Source of the DNA: an uncultured virus (IMG/VR IMGVR_UViG_3300035188_001031)
Taxonomy: Duplodnaviria > Heunggongvirae > Uroviricota > Caudoviricetes
IMG/VR virus record: IMGVR_UViG_3300035188_001031
Reading direction: 5' to 3' (one strand)
DNA length: 64,000 nt
Below, piece after piece: positions 27,774-36,288 of the stretch (the first letter of the stretch is position 1; the number at the start of each line of letters is the position of its first letter). The position numbers and the translations under genes were made by a program. A model generated the notes under the pieces. The model did not search any database. It was not told the DNA's origin and saw only the letters and a list, made by a program, of their open reading frames with translations.

Positions 27774-29207
27774 ATGTTCAACGCTGATTTCTACCCCACT
27801 CCGCCCGACGTGGCGGCCACCATGTTGGACCCGCTTGAGCTGCGCAGCCGAGTGGTGGTCGAGCCCTCCGCCGGTAGCGGCAACCTGGTGAGCGAGTGCT
27901 TGGCCCGTGGCGCTGCTGAGGTGCTCTGCTGTGAACCTGAACCGCAGCTCCGAGCGATCCTTGCGGCGATCACAGGCAGCCGCCTGATCGGCAGTGACTG
28001 GCTGGCTGTCACGGGAGATCAGATCAGCCACGTAGACGTGATTTGCATGAATCCGCCGTTCTCAGCGGACGAGGCCCACATCCTGCACGCCTGGGCCATT
28101 GCCCCACCGGGTTGCGAAATCGTAGCGCTGGCCAACTGGAACACGATCAGCGGTAAGTACCGTGGCCTACAGCTCCAACTGGCGAAGCTCACCGAGGCCT
28201 ATGGCAGCAGTGAGCACCTAGGCGAGTGCTTTGCGGACTCCGAGCGCCCCACCCGCGTCTCAGTCGGAATGGTCCGCCTCACTAAGCCAGGCCAACGTGT
28301 AAGCGGCGCTGATGAGTTCGACGGTTTCTTCCTCGGCCCTGATGACATCGAGGCCCAGGGTGAGGGGATCATCCCCTACCGCCGCAGCCGCGACATCGTA
28401 AATCGTTACGTCGAGGCCTGCCGCATCTTCGATGAGCAGGTGGCGGCCGGCGTGCGGTTGCGCAGCGTGCTGGATGGCTTCTTCGGCAAGGACCTAGGCC
28501 TGCAGGTGACCGTCGAAGGCCAGGCCGTCACCCGCAACCGGTTCCGCAAGGATCTGCAGAAGGCCGCCTGGAGACATGTGTTCGACGAATTCCTGCCGCA
28601 GCAGATGGCCACCAGCCAGCTGGCGCGGGACATCAATCGATTCGTAGAGGAGCAGTCGAAGATCCCATTCACGGAGCGCAACATTTACCGGATGCTGCAA
28701 ATCGTCTCTGGCACCCAGGAGCAGCGGATCGACCGTGCAGTGGAGGAAGCGATCGATAGCCTCACCCGCTACACCACGGAGAATCGCTACGGCGTCGAGG
28801 GCTGGGTCACGAACAGCGGCTACATGCTGAATCAGCGGTTCATTCGCGGTCACCTGGCAGAGCTTGCATGGAGTGACCCCAGCAAGGTGCGGCTACAGAC
28901 CCACGGCGGCCAGTGGGATGAGATTCAAGATCTGATCAAAGCCCTGTGCTTCATCACTGGCAGCGCTATCGACAAAATGCGCTCCCCCGAGAACGTAAAC
29001 GCCAACAGCTACGAGCCCGGCATGTGGTACGACTGGGGCTTTTTCCTGTTCCGCCCCTACAAAAAAGGCACCGTCCATTTTCAGTTCAAGGATCCGGAAC
29101 ACTGGGCGGCCCTGAACGCCCGCTATGCCCGTATCAAAGGTCAGGTATTACCGGAGCAGCTCCGGCGTAAACCCCAGACGCGCCGACAGCCGCCCGTTGC
29201 GGCTTAA
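27774..29207 (+). CDS. N6-adenine DNA methyltransferase with DUF4942-like C-terminus
   Basis: FYPTP, EPSAGSG, NPPF; C-terminal WGFF.FRPYKKGTVHF.F. Confidence 0.85.
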   Translation: MFNADFYPTPPDVAATMLDPLELRSRVVVEPSAGSGNLVSECLARGAAEVLCCEPEPQLRAILAAITGSRLIGSDWLAVTGDQISHVDVICMNPPFSADEAHILHAWAIAPPGCEIVALANWNTISGKYRGLQLQLAKLTEAYGSSEHLGECFADSERPTRVSVGMVRLTKPGQRVSGADEFDGFFLGPDDIEAQGEGIIPYRRSRDIVNRYVEACRIFDEQVAAGVRLRSVLDGFFGKDLGLQVTVEGQAVTRNRFRKDLQKAAWRHVFDEFLPQQMATSQLARDINRFVEEQSKIPFTERNIYRMLQIVSGTQEQRIDRAVEEAIDSLTRYTTENRYGVEGWVTNSGYMLNQRFIRGHLAELAWSDPSKVRLQTHGGQWDEIQDLIKALCFITGSAIDKMRSPENVNANSYEPGMWYDWGFFLFRPYKKGTVHFQFKDPEHWAALNARYARIKGQVLPEQLRRKPQTRRQPPVAA

Positions 29208-29220
29208 TCACCCAGGGAGG

Positions 29221-29250
29221 TTGACAGACTCCAGCAACCGTGTCTAAGAT
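29221..29250 (+). promoter_or_regulatory. Promoter TTGACA-18-TAAGAT with TTGACA-N14-TGTCTA
   Basis: Seen directly. Confidence 0.7.
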
Positions 29251-29391
29251 CGAAGCAACCAAGCAAAGGAGCCAGCTTATGTAGACCAAGACCCTCCAGG
29301 CCGTACAGCATCAACGGTTGGCATCTGTACAGTTCCGAGCTTTGCGTCAACCAATTCACAAACCTCTTCTACTACCCACCTTTTTCTGATC

Positions 29392-29595
29392 ATGTCTTCT
29401 TACGTCCACACTTTTGAAGTACGCCTTCAATTGGAATCCCCTTTTGAAACGTTCGATAGTGCCTTGAGTGATTTTATCAACAAATATTCAGACCAGGAAA
29501 TCAGAGACAGGTTGCTTGAGGGCAGGGACGTGTCTTCTCTACTGAGATATGCCGTGCATGCCGAGACCTTTGATGAATCAGACACGGATTTTTGA
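29392..29595 (+). CDS. Hypothetical acidic protein
   Basis: ORF downstream of the 29221 promoter. Confidence 0.55.
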   Translation: MSSYVHTFEVRLQLESPFETFDSALSDFINKYSDQEIRDRLLEGRDVSSLLRYAVHAETFDESDTDF

Positions 29596-29639
29596 CAGTT
29601 GCTTTTTCGACTCCTGTTCAACTGATTCCCGAACCAGTC

Positions 29640-29789
29640 ATGCCCCAACCTTCCCACGTCTGCGGCTTCCTGCTGGCCCTTGCCTTTACCGGCTGGGCCC
29701 TCCATCAGGCTCGCATCACCCCGTCCACATTCCCCAGCCAAGAGCACCGCGCTGTCACCGCTGTCACCGCGCCCCCAGTCCACCAGTAA
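29640..29789 (+). CDS. Hypothetical small membrane protein
   Basis: VCGFLLALAFTGWAL hydrophobic segment. Confidence 0.45.
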   Translation: MPQPSHVCGFLLALAFTGWALHQARITPSTFPSQEHRAVTAVTAPPVHQ

Positions 29790-29826
29790 CTGCACCTTTT
29801 CCCACACTCATCTATTACAAACCGCA

Positions 29827-30174
29827 ATGACCGCAACCGTTTCCCGCGTCCGCATGTATAAGCCCACTGGCGACATCGGCAAACGCTTACAAGAGGCCTA
29901 CCAACTGCAGGCCGACATCGCCGCTCTCGAAGATAAGCTAAAAGTGCATCGTGATTTTATACTCATGCACATGGAAGAGAAAGCACTTGACAAGATACAG
30001 CTTAACGACATCATTGTTTACAGAAGAATCCGCCACAAGTGGAGCTACTCTATTGCCACACGCAATGAGATGCTGAAACTACAAACCACCCAAGAATACG
30101 AACAGGCCGAGGGCATCGCCACCGATACCCCGCGTGTTTACATTGCTCTCACTCATAAGGGGGCCCAGAAGTGA
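29827..30174 (+). CDS. Hypothetical coiled-coil phage protein
   Basis: In-frame ATG within track ORF 29680..30174. Confidence 0.6.
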   Translation: MTATVSRVRMYKPTGDIGKRLQEAYQLQADIAALEDKLKVHRDFILMHMEEKALDKIQLNDIIVYRRIRHKWSYSIATRNEMLKLQTTQEYEQAEGIATDTPRVYIALTHKGAQK

Positions 30175-30605
30175 TGACTGATTCAGCAAGAGCCCGACGC
30201 ATCAGCGACCTGATCGAAGAATCCGTTTATGGCCCTAGAGGAGCAGAAACCCCTCCCTGTGCAAACGCATGGGAAGTTTCCAAACTGATTGCTTCACTAG
30301 AGGCCCGCCTGGAAGCGCTAGAGGCCATCCCACAACCCCCCATCTCAATGGCACAGGCCCCCGAGAGCGCCACGAAAGAGCAGTCGAGCCCATGGCGAGA
30401 TCCTCGTTTATATCCGAAAGAGATCTCAGACGGGCAGTACATAGAAGCTGCTCGCCTGGCCGTTCAGTACCTGGGTCATATCAGCATTGCTGAGACACCC
30501 TACGTTGAGCGCACTGACGACGATCTGGGCGCCTATGTTAGTGCTCAGATCTGGGTCCCTAAATGGCATGGAACTTCCTCTCTGATCACTAATTCCACAC
30601 CATGA
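30171..30605 (+). CDS. Hypothetical protein
   Basis: Coupled operon ORF; GAYVSAQIWVP motif. Confidence 0.55.
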   Translation: MMTDSARARRISDLIEESVYGPRGAETPPCANAWEVSKLIASLEARLEALEAIPQPPISMAQAPESATKEQSSPWRDPRLYPKEISDGQYIEAARLAVQYLGHISIAETPYVERTDDDLGAYVSAQIWVPKWHGTSSLITNSTP

Positions 30606-31324
30606 CCACCACCACCCTCACCAGGAACACCGACCTCCTTAAACAGGGAGTCCACGAACACATCACGGCGGATGTCGTCGTCCAGGGTAAGTACTGGTCA
30701 GACGGCAAAGGCTGCTTCATCGGGTGCCTGACTTATTCAGACGACCCCACTCCTGCTGTGGAGCGATTTGGGCTCACTGAGTGCATTCTTCGCATTGCGG
30801 AACACATCTTTGAATCTCTTCCGCTTGAGGAAGCTAAGCAATTCTTCTTCGACTTTCCCGGCGCTGTGGCTACGGACGGTAAAGACCTCTCCTTGATCCA
30901 TTGGGCCTTCCTCGGTGAAACCCTAAGGAATCTCCCTCCTCAGCGGCCCGAAATCCAGGCCGTTATTGACCCAGTTATTGATGGCATGGATTTACTGGCT
31001 TCTGGCAGCGTCTGGGAGAAAGGCACCCGTGCCGCCGCCAGTGACGCCGCCAGGGCCGCCTATGCCGCCTCCTGTGCCGCCGGTGACGCCGCCGGTAACG
31101 CCGGTAACGCCGCCTGGGCCGTCAGTGACGCCGCCGGTGTCGCCGCCGGTGACGCTGCCAGTGACGGCGTCTGGGCCGCCACCATGGCCGTCGACATGGC
31201 CTACTGCCGTGCCGCCGAAACTCGCCGGCAGCGGGAATCCCTGTTGCGGCTCATTCGAGAGGCGCCTGTTGTGACCCCTTCCCCCAGCCCGAGGAAGGCC
31301 CCCGAGGGCGACCTGGGAGAGTAG
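30602..31324 (+). CDS. Hypothetical protein with Ala-rich AAxDAA repeats
   Basis: QGKYW...GCFIGC N-terminus followed by an Ala-rich tract. Confidence 0.7.
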   Translation: MTTTTLTRNTDLLKQGVHEHITADVVVQGKYWSDGKGCFIGCLTYSDDPTPAVERFGLTECILRIAEHIFESLPLEEAKQFFFDFPGAVATDGKDLSLIHWAFLGETLRNLPPQRPEIQAVIDPVIDGMDLLASGSVWEKGTRAAASDAARAAYAASCAAGDAAGNAGNAAWAVSDAAGVAAGDAASDGVWAATMAVDMAYCRAAETRRQRESLLRLIREAPVVTPSPSPRKAPEGDLGE

Positions 31325-31380
31325 TAGCTGCTGCCCGCCGGGAGCCCATCCCGGCAATTTATTCAATCGCAGTTCCCACC

Positions 31381-31623
31381 ATGAGCAAATCCCAAATCCC
31401 ATCAGATTTGGTCTGTTTCGTTCCCTTCGACGAAGCCGACAAAGACCTCGCCAACGCCTGCCGCGAATGGATTAAAGGGTGTAGCTGCGCTCCACCAGAT
31501 TCGCCGCAGGAATGCACGGCCTGCACCAATGCCTTTCTGAACGCTGTGCTCACACGAGCCAAAAACCACGGACTAGAGATTGGCGCCAATGCCATCTGGG
31601 CAGACGGCTGCTACGACGTGTAG
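31381..31623 (+). CDS. Hypothetical Cys-rich protein
   Basis: EWIKGCSC...ECTAC. Confidence 0.55.
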   Translation: MSKSQIPSDLVCFVPFDEADKDLANACREWIKGCSCAPPDSPQECTACTNAFLNAVLTRAKNHGLEIGANAIWADGCYDV

Positions 31624-31635
31624 TACTGAACAATC

Positions 31636-31938
31636 ATGTACCTAGACGAGATGCTGCAACTGCTGAACGAAGGTCCCAATCGCCTCGTTCAAAACAACAA
31701 CATAAAGGAGAGCCCCAACACCATGTTGGTGCCCGTCAAAATCGCAACACAATTCAGTGACGCCTTTGCCGCCTTACTCAAAGCCTTTTCCGCCTTCCAA
31801 TCCTCTCCCAACTATGCAGAGCCCTGGTGGCCCCTAGACGTGACCGACACCAGCGGCTCCTTCGGCCGCTTCGTCTGGGTCAACTCCGATGAGTGTGGCT
31901 GGGGCCACTGCTACTGGGAGGATGACGACAATGCTTGA
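31636..31938 (+). CDS. Hypothetical protein whose N-terminal 30 aa copy a segment of the major capsid protein
   Basis: 31645-31734 matches 50350-50439 at 84/90 nt, in the same frame. Confidence 0.7.
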   Translation: MYLDEMLQLLNEGPNRLVQNNNIKESPNTMLVPVKIATQFSDAFAALLKAFSAFQSSPNYAEPWWPLDVTDTSGSFGRFVWVNSDECGWGHCYWEDDDNA

Positions 31939-32149
31939 ACCTGTCACCCCCGCCCCCATGCCCACCTACACCATCCTCACCGTCGATCGGTACGGCCACT
32001 GGACCGATTACCTCGGTCCCGGTGACAACACCTGGCCCTCTACCACAGCTGCCACTCAAGCCATCACCGAACTGGAAGCCATCGGCTTCACCGGCCCCTG
32101 GGCCATCGTGCAGACCAGCACCCTGCCATTCCGCGACCTTGTTGCGTAA
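31931..32149 (+). CDS. Hypothetical protein
   Basis: Overlapping operon ORF. Confidence 0.5.
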   Translation: MLEPVTPAPMPTYTILTVDRYGHWTDYLGPGDNTWPSTTAATQAITELEAIGFTGPWAIVQTSTLPFRDLVA

Positions 32150-32174
32150 TAAAGCGCAACCAAGACGGGATAGG

Positions 32175-32203
32175 TTGACACCCTGACCAAATCCCGCTAC
32201 GTT
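32175..32203 (+). promoter_or_regulatory. Promoter TTGACA-17-TACGTT
   Basis: Seen directly, upstream of the pseudoknot leader. Confidence 0.65.
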
Positions 32204-32217
32204 TTGAAAGTCCCCAC

Positions 32218-32247
32218 CCCAGGGGTGCGCCTGGGTCACCAACGCAC
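32218..32247 (+). promoter_or_regulatory. Predicted H-type pseudoknot leader, copy 1
   Basis: CCCAGG-GGTGCG-CCTGGG-TCACCAA-CGCAC. Confidence 0.6.
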
Positions 32248-32274
32248 AGTCCTCTCTTCTCATCTACTACCACC

Positions 32275-33375
32275 ATGCAGACAACCTTTATCCGTCCAGG
32301 CACTTACAACACCGTGACGCAGGCCGCCATCGCCCCCGGCCACGACGTCATGGTCTACGGCCGCTATCGCGAACGGGGCTACCACGTCGAACCCCTCACC
32401 TCCCGCGCCGGAGGTGTCTTCACCCCCGAGAACGCCTCCGCTTCCGAAGCCTTCGCCCTGGCAGGTCTGAACTGGACGGCGGAGAAGCATGATGCGCTGT
32501 ACAGCCCTGATGGCATCACCATCAAAAGAGCTACCGACCACTGCTCCATCGTCCGTTCCGATACCGGTGACCTGCTCGGCATCCACGGCGCTGGCTACAC
32601 ACCACTCCAGCACCACGCCATCATCAACCTCCTCGACTACCTGCGCGAAGACATTCGCATCGAGTCAGTACTGAACATTTGCCAGGGCCGCAGGGTCGTC
32701 GTCAGCGCCGCCCTCAAACTGCAGGATGAAGTCGTCCCCGGCGACCGCATCCGCCGGTACATCCACATCTTCAACTCTCACGACGGCTCCAGCGCCTTCG
32801 GCGTGATGTTCTCCGACAGGCGCCTCCGCTGCGCCAATGAGATCAACTTCATCACCGGCCGCGCCTTCCACAACGCCGTCGCCGAGGGTAATGGCCTCCG
32901 AGCCCGTCACACCGTCAACGTCGAGTGGTTCGCCCGTTCCCTGCCGGATCTGATCAATCTCCAGCAGCAGAGCTTCCACCAACGCATTTGGGAAATGCAG
33001 GACATGGCCGCCACACCCTGCACCATCGAGATGGCCCGCCGCATCCTGGAGCAGACCTACGCCGATCGTCTCGCAACTCCCGTCCACGAGCGCAACGGCA
33101 CTACTCGCCCTCGCCATCTCGGCGACATCCGCGACTTCGAGACGATCATGAGCCACTACCAGGGGGAGACCGGCTACGGCATCAACGACGACGCCCGTCC
33201 GATTGGCGGCACGGTCTACGGCCTATACAACGCCATTACCCAGTTCCACACCCACGATGCTGGCCGCAAAACCGACACCACCGAGCACGCCCGCGCCCGC
33301 CTCGAATCCCTCTGGGGCGGCCCCAGCGCGACTCGCATGGAGAAGGCTTACCGGGCTTGTCTAGCTGTCTGCTGA
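32275..33375 (+). CDS. DUF932 family protein
   Basis: AGLNW, YTPLQH, NSHDGSSA, RLRCANE, TVYGLYNAITQF. Confidence 0.85.
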   Translation: MQTTFIRPGTYNTVTQAAIAPGHDVMVYGRYRERGYHVEPLTSRAGGVFTPENASASEAFALAGLNWTAEKHDALYSPDGITIKRATDHCSIVRSDTGDLLGIHGAGYTPLQHHAIINLLDYLREDIRIESVLNICQGRRVVVSAALKLQDEVVPGDRIRRYIHIFNSHDGSSAFGVMFSDRRLRCANEINFITGRAFHNAVAEGNGLRARHTVNVEWFARSLPDLINLQQQSFHQRIWEMQDMAATPCTIEMARRILEQTYADRLATPVHERNGTTRPRHLGDIRDFETIMSHYQGETGYGINDDARPIGGTVYGLYNAITQFHTHDAGRKTDTTEHARARLESLWGGPSATRMEKAYRACLAVC

Positions 33376-33384
33376 TCGCCGCAT

Positions 33385-33414
33385 CCCAGGGGTGCGCCTG
33401 GGTCCACAACGCAC
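33385..33414 (+). promoter_or_regulatory. Predicted H-type pseudoknot leader, copy 2
   Basis: CCCAGG-GGTGCG-CCTGGG-TCCACAA-CGCAC. Confidence 0.6.
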
Positions 33415-33437
33415 TTCCCTTTTACATCTCACATCCC

Positions 33438-33842
33438 ATGACATCGTCTTCACACGAAAAAGACTCAGACGCCGGCTTCACAACTGACCCCGTAGGTCCA
33501 GCGCAAACCTACGCGGAATGGAAGGCAGCTAGGCAAGGCACAACCCCATCCTGCACACCCGAAGTCTGCACTCCCACCGAGGGCGAAACCCTCCTACAGG
33601 AAGCCCTGGCGGAGATGACCTCCACCGTCCGCGACGAGGCCAAGGCCGTCATCCAGGAGCGCATCCGTGAGATCCAACACCTCGAAGTCATCCTTGCCAA
33701 GGCCAAAGCTGATCTGCAGGCACTCACACAGCGCCCCGCCGCTGAAATCGCTATGGGCGTCAGTTCCAAGGCCAGAGGCTCTCTCCGTCCTCTTGGTGAT
33801 ATGTGGGTGCTCCCTTCCGGAACTGGCGTCTCCCGTTCCTGA
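33438..33842 (+). CDS. Hypothetical coiled-coil protein
   Basis: ATG 24 nt after the second pseudoknot. Confidence 0.6.
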   Translation: MTSSSHEKDSDAGFTTDPVGPAQTYAEWKAARQGTTPSCTPEVCTPTEGETLLQEALAEMTSTVRDEAKAVIQERIREIQHLEVILAKAKADLQALTQRPAAEIAMGVSSKARGSLRPLGDMWVLPSGTGVSRS

Positions 33843-34177
33843 TGTCTCTCAACTTCGCTCACCACCTAGGCTCCGATAACCTCATGCGTGCCCAGAGACT
33901 CGGTCTATTCAGTGATGGCGAAACCCTCGCTATTCATTTTGCCAATGCTTTCCATCTATTGCCTAATTTCCAATTACGCAACCTTCAGATGATGTCGAGA
34001 CTTAAGATAGGACAGCTATACACCAATAGCTATTCCTTCGACATCGTCACATTCCGGCCGCCCATCATCGAGCACAGCTCTACCAAGATCCACGATCTCT
34101 TCCAGAACGCCAACAACATGTCCGTAGACGAGCTGCTCAAGCTGGCCTACCGCCGCATGGATGCCCGCGCTTCATAA
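33842..34177 (+). CDS. Hypothetical protein
   Basis: TGATG coupling with the upstream gene. Confidence 0.55.
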   Translation: MSLNFAHHLGSDNLMRAQRLGLFSDGETLAIHFANAFHLLPNFQLRNLQMMSRLKIGQLYTNSYSFDIVTFRPPIIEHSSTKIHDLFQNANNMSVDELLKLAYRRMDARAS

Positions 34178-34338
34178 AGAAAAGGCCCCGGGAACCACCC
34201 CGAGGCCGCTCATCTACTACACAGCCGTTTCGACCATGCCACCCGATTATTTCACACTCCCGCCACCCCGCGCCAAACTGCCCTTACCCGGGCCTCCATC
34301 CCCCAGGCCCCCTTCCCTTACCGCTTACCCGACACCTC

Positions 34339-34521
34339 ATGGACATGGCCATGGCAGGTTTTGCTGTCTACGTGCTCCTCCAAGTGGATACAGGAGTATC
34401 CCTGTACTCCACAACTGCTCTCCCTGAGGAGATCACAGCAGCCAACGCATCGTTAGAAGCCTACGGCAATACATGCCGTTTTGTTCCTAAGAGCAGTCTA
34501 CCGCATTCATCTACTACCTGA
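34339..34521 (+). CDS. Hypothetical protein
   Basis: ORF track. Confidence 0.45.
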   Translation: MDMAMAGFAVYVLLQVDTGVSLYSTTALPEEITAANASLEAYGNTCRFVPKSSLPHSSTT

Positions 34522-34581
34522 TGACCGCGCCAATCGCGGTATCACCACCCAGTCCCTTCCCCAGTCCAGTACCCGGAGTTC

Positions 34582-34827
34582 ATGACCGATGCCGAATTTC
34601 TCGAACACGTGCGCGGTATCTGCCCCACCAAGGCCTGCTACAGCACCTCCGCCGAAGCCAAAGCGATGATGCGCAGGCGCCAGTTCCCCGGCAGGCCCTA
34701 TGCCTGCCCCTGGTGCGACTTTTGGCACATCACGACCCTCGACCGAGTCCGCAGCAAAGCGTTCTCCCGTCGCCTTAAAACTATCCGCTCTCTGGAGCTT
34801 GAAGACCCATGCGCTATTCCGTCTTGA
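34582..34827 (+). CDS. Small zinc-ribbon-like phage protein
   Basis: CPTKACY...YACPWCDFWHITT. Confidence 0.65.
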   Translation: MTDAEFLEHVRGICPTKACYSTSAEAKAMMRRRQFPGRPYACPWCDFWHITTLDRVRSKAFSRRLKTIRSLELEDPCAIPS

Positions 34828-34985
34828 TTTTTTGCATATCGCTGTTGACTGGGTGTGCTTCTAGTTATCACCCGTTTCCGCAGACAGAAACACTGAAGTT
34901 CGACTACTCTATTACAGAGCCCCGTCCTTGTATAGACCCGGCAGTGCCTGGTTTAGCATTTTCATCATCTATTTATCATGACTGA
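34809..34985 (+). CDS. Putative 58-aa lipoprotein (not in ORF track)
   Basis: MRYSVLIFCISLLTGC signal peptide with LTGC lipobox. Confidence 0.55.
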   Translation: MRYSVLIFCISLLTGCASSYHPFPQTETLKFDYSITEPRPCIDPAVPGLAFSSSIYHD

Positions 34986-35346
34986 ACAACAGCAGCATCT
35001 CAGCAGCCCGCCTCAGGAGCTGCGAAAACAGTGGATGGACGAAGTTCGCGGAACTTACTATCCGGACTTCCAACACTTGATTGATCGCGCCGCCCAATGG
35101 GCCTGGGACCAGCGTGAGCCAGAGATTCAGGCCGCTGCAGATGCTGAGCTGGAGGCGTGCGTTTCGTCGGTGGTACGGCTTTGCGGCTGCGCGATTTCCG
35201 ATGATCTCCGCGTCGCCCGACGCCCTGAGCCGCCGAGCTTGAAACAACGTGCATTAAATGCACATAACCGAGCCCTCTTGGGCTCTTCTTTACCTGGCGA
35301 CGGCGCCATCATCGGCCAAGCCCTGGAGGCCCTACCCGATGGGTAA
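34978..35346 (+). CDS. Hypothetical cyanophage-type protein
   Basis: AADAELEAC...LRVARRPEPPSLKQRAL...ALEALPD motif. Confidence 0.7.
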   Translation: MTEQQQHLSSPPQELRKQWMDEVRGTYYPDFQHLIDRAAQWAWDQREPEIQAAADAELEACVSSVVRLCGCAISDDLRVARRPEPPSLKQRALNAHNRALLGSSLPGDGAIIGQALEALPDG

Positions 35347-35662
35347 AACGCTTCCCTCGCTTCCAACACGAATCGAAATGACCGAGATCACCCAACCAGG
35401 CCTATTCATGGAAACGCCCGAAATCATCCAACCAGACCCGGCTCATGCCTATGCCGCTCTTGCCAGGCATGTTGCTGCTATTGATATAGCGCTCAAGTGT
35501 AGGAACGCCCACCAGACCAGGATGATAGACATCGCTACGTTCAAGGACGTTCAAGGACTGATCAGGGCTGAAGTCGAACAAAATCGCTACGTTCAAGGAC
35601 TGATCAGGGCGGAAGTCGAAGCAGCCATGGGGGTCATTCATCGCTACGAGAGCTGTGACTGA
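35339..35662 (+). CDS. Hypothetical protein with internal duplication VQGLIRAEVE x2
   Basis: Duplicated sequence at about 35531-35620. Confidence 0.5.
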   Translation: MGKTLPSLPTRIEMTEITQPGLFMETPEIIQPDPAHAYAALARHVAAIDIALKCRNAHQTRMIDIATFKDVQGLIRAEVEQNRYVQGLIRAEVEAAMGVIHRYESCD

Positions 35663-35715
35663 CCTCATCTCACTCTTAACCAACCCTCTTCAATATAAAA
35701 CCCACTGTTTTTCCT

Positions 35716-36012
35716 GTGATTACCATGGACAACGATTCTAAACAGCTTGCCGATCTCTTTGCCGATCTTATCGGAGATAAAAACCTTAGTGAAGTCTTAG
35801 AAGATGGCCGCGAATTCACCTTCAAACCTCTACTAAATATTACAACTTATGAACTGGCCCTGTGTTTATGCTTCTTACTTATGCCACTAGCAGATCTAGG
35901 GCCTGCGGGACCGGAAGATTATTTTCAAACAATAAGAAAAATGCAAACCACATTTGACGCATTGCCTCCTGAAGTGCAAAGGCACTTTCGTGTACATCCG
36001 ATCTCCTCGTGA
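35716..36012 (+). CDS. Hypothetical protein
   Basis: ORF track. Confidence 0.55.
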   Translation: MITMDNDSKQLADLFADLIGDKNLSEVLEDGREFTFKPLLNITTYELALCLCFLLMPLADLGPAGPEDYFQTIRKMQTTFDALPPEVQRHFRVHPISS

Positions 36013-36024
36013 TTTTCATGAACA

Positions 36025-36288
36025 ATGATTCTAAACCACTCTCTCACTCTCTCCCGCCATGTCAGAACTAACCACCGCAACGACATTCCAAGAGCGCATG
36101 TTCGAACGTGTGCGCGGCCGGGGGCGGAGGATTGCGATTCGGATGGCCGTTGCTGGTGGGGTGACGCAGGTTGTGATGAGTTTGTGCCGAGCTGGCGCCT
36201 CTGCGAGCAGCCTGACAACCCTCGCTTTACTCACTGGTGTCCTTATTGGGCCCTACCCCTGCCAACCCCATTGGAGATGAATCCATGA
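36025..36288 (+). CDS. Hypothetical cyanophage-type protein
   Basis: PGAEDCDSDGRCWW...THWCPYWALPLP motif; start uncertain. Confidence 0.55.
   Translation: MILNHSLTLSRHVRTNHRNDIPRAHVRTCARPGAEDCDSDGRCWWGDAGCDEFVPSWRLCEQPDNPRFTHWCPYWALPLPTPLEMNP

Larger units (their letters stand above)
27735..29640 (+). repeat. 17-bp direct repeat GATTCCCGAACCAGTCA at 27735-27751 and 29624-29640
   Basis: Exact identity. Confidence 0.85.
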
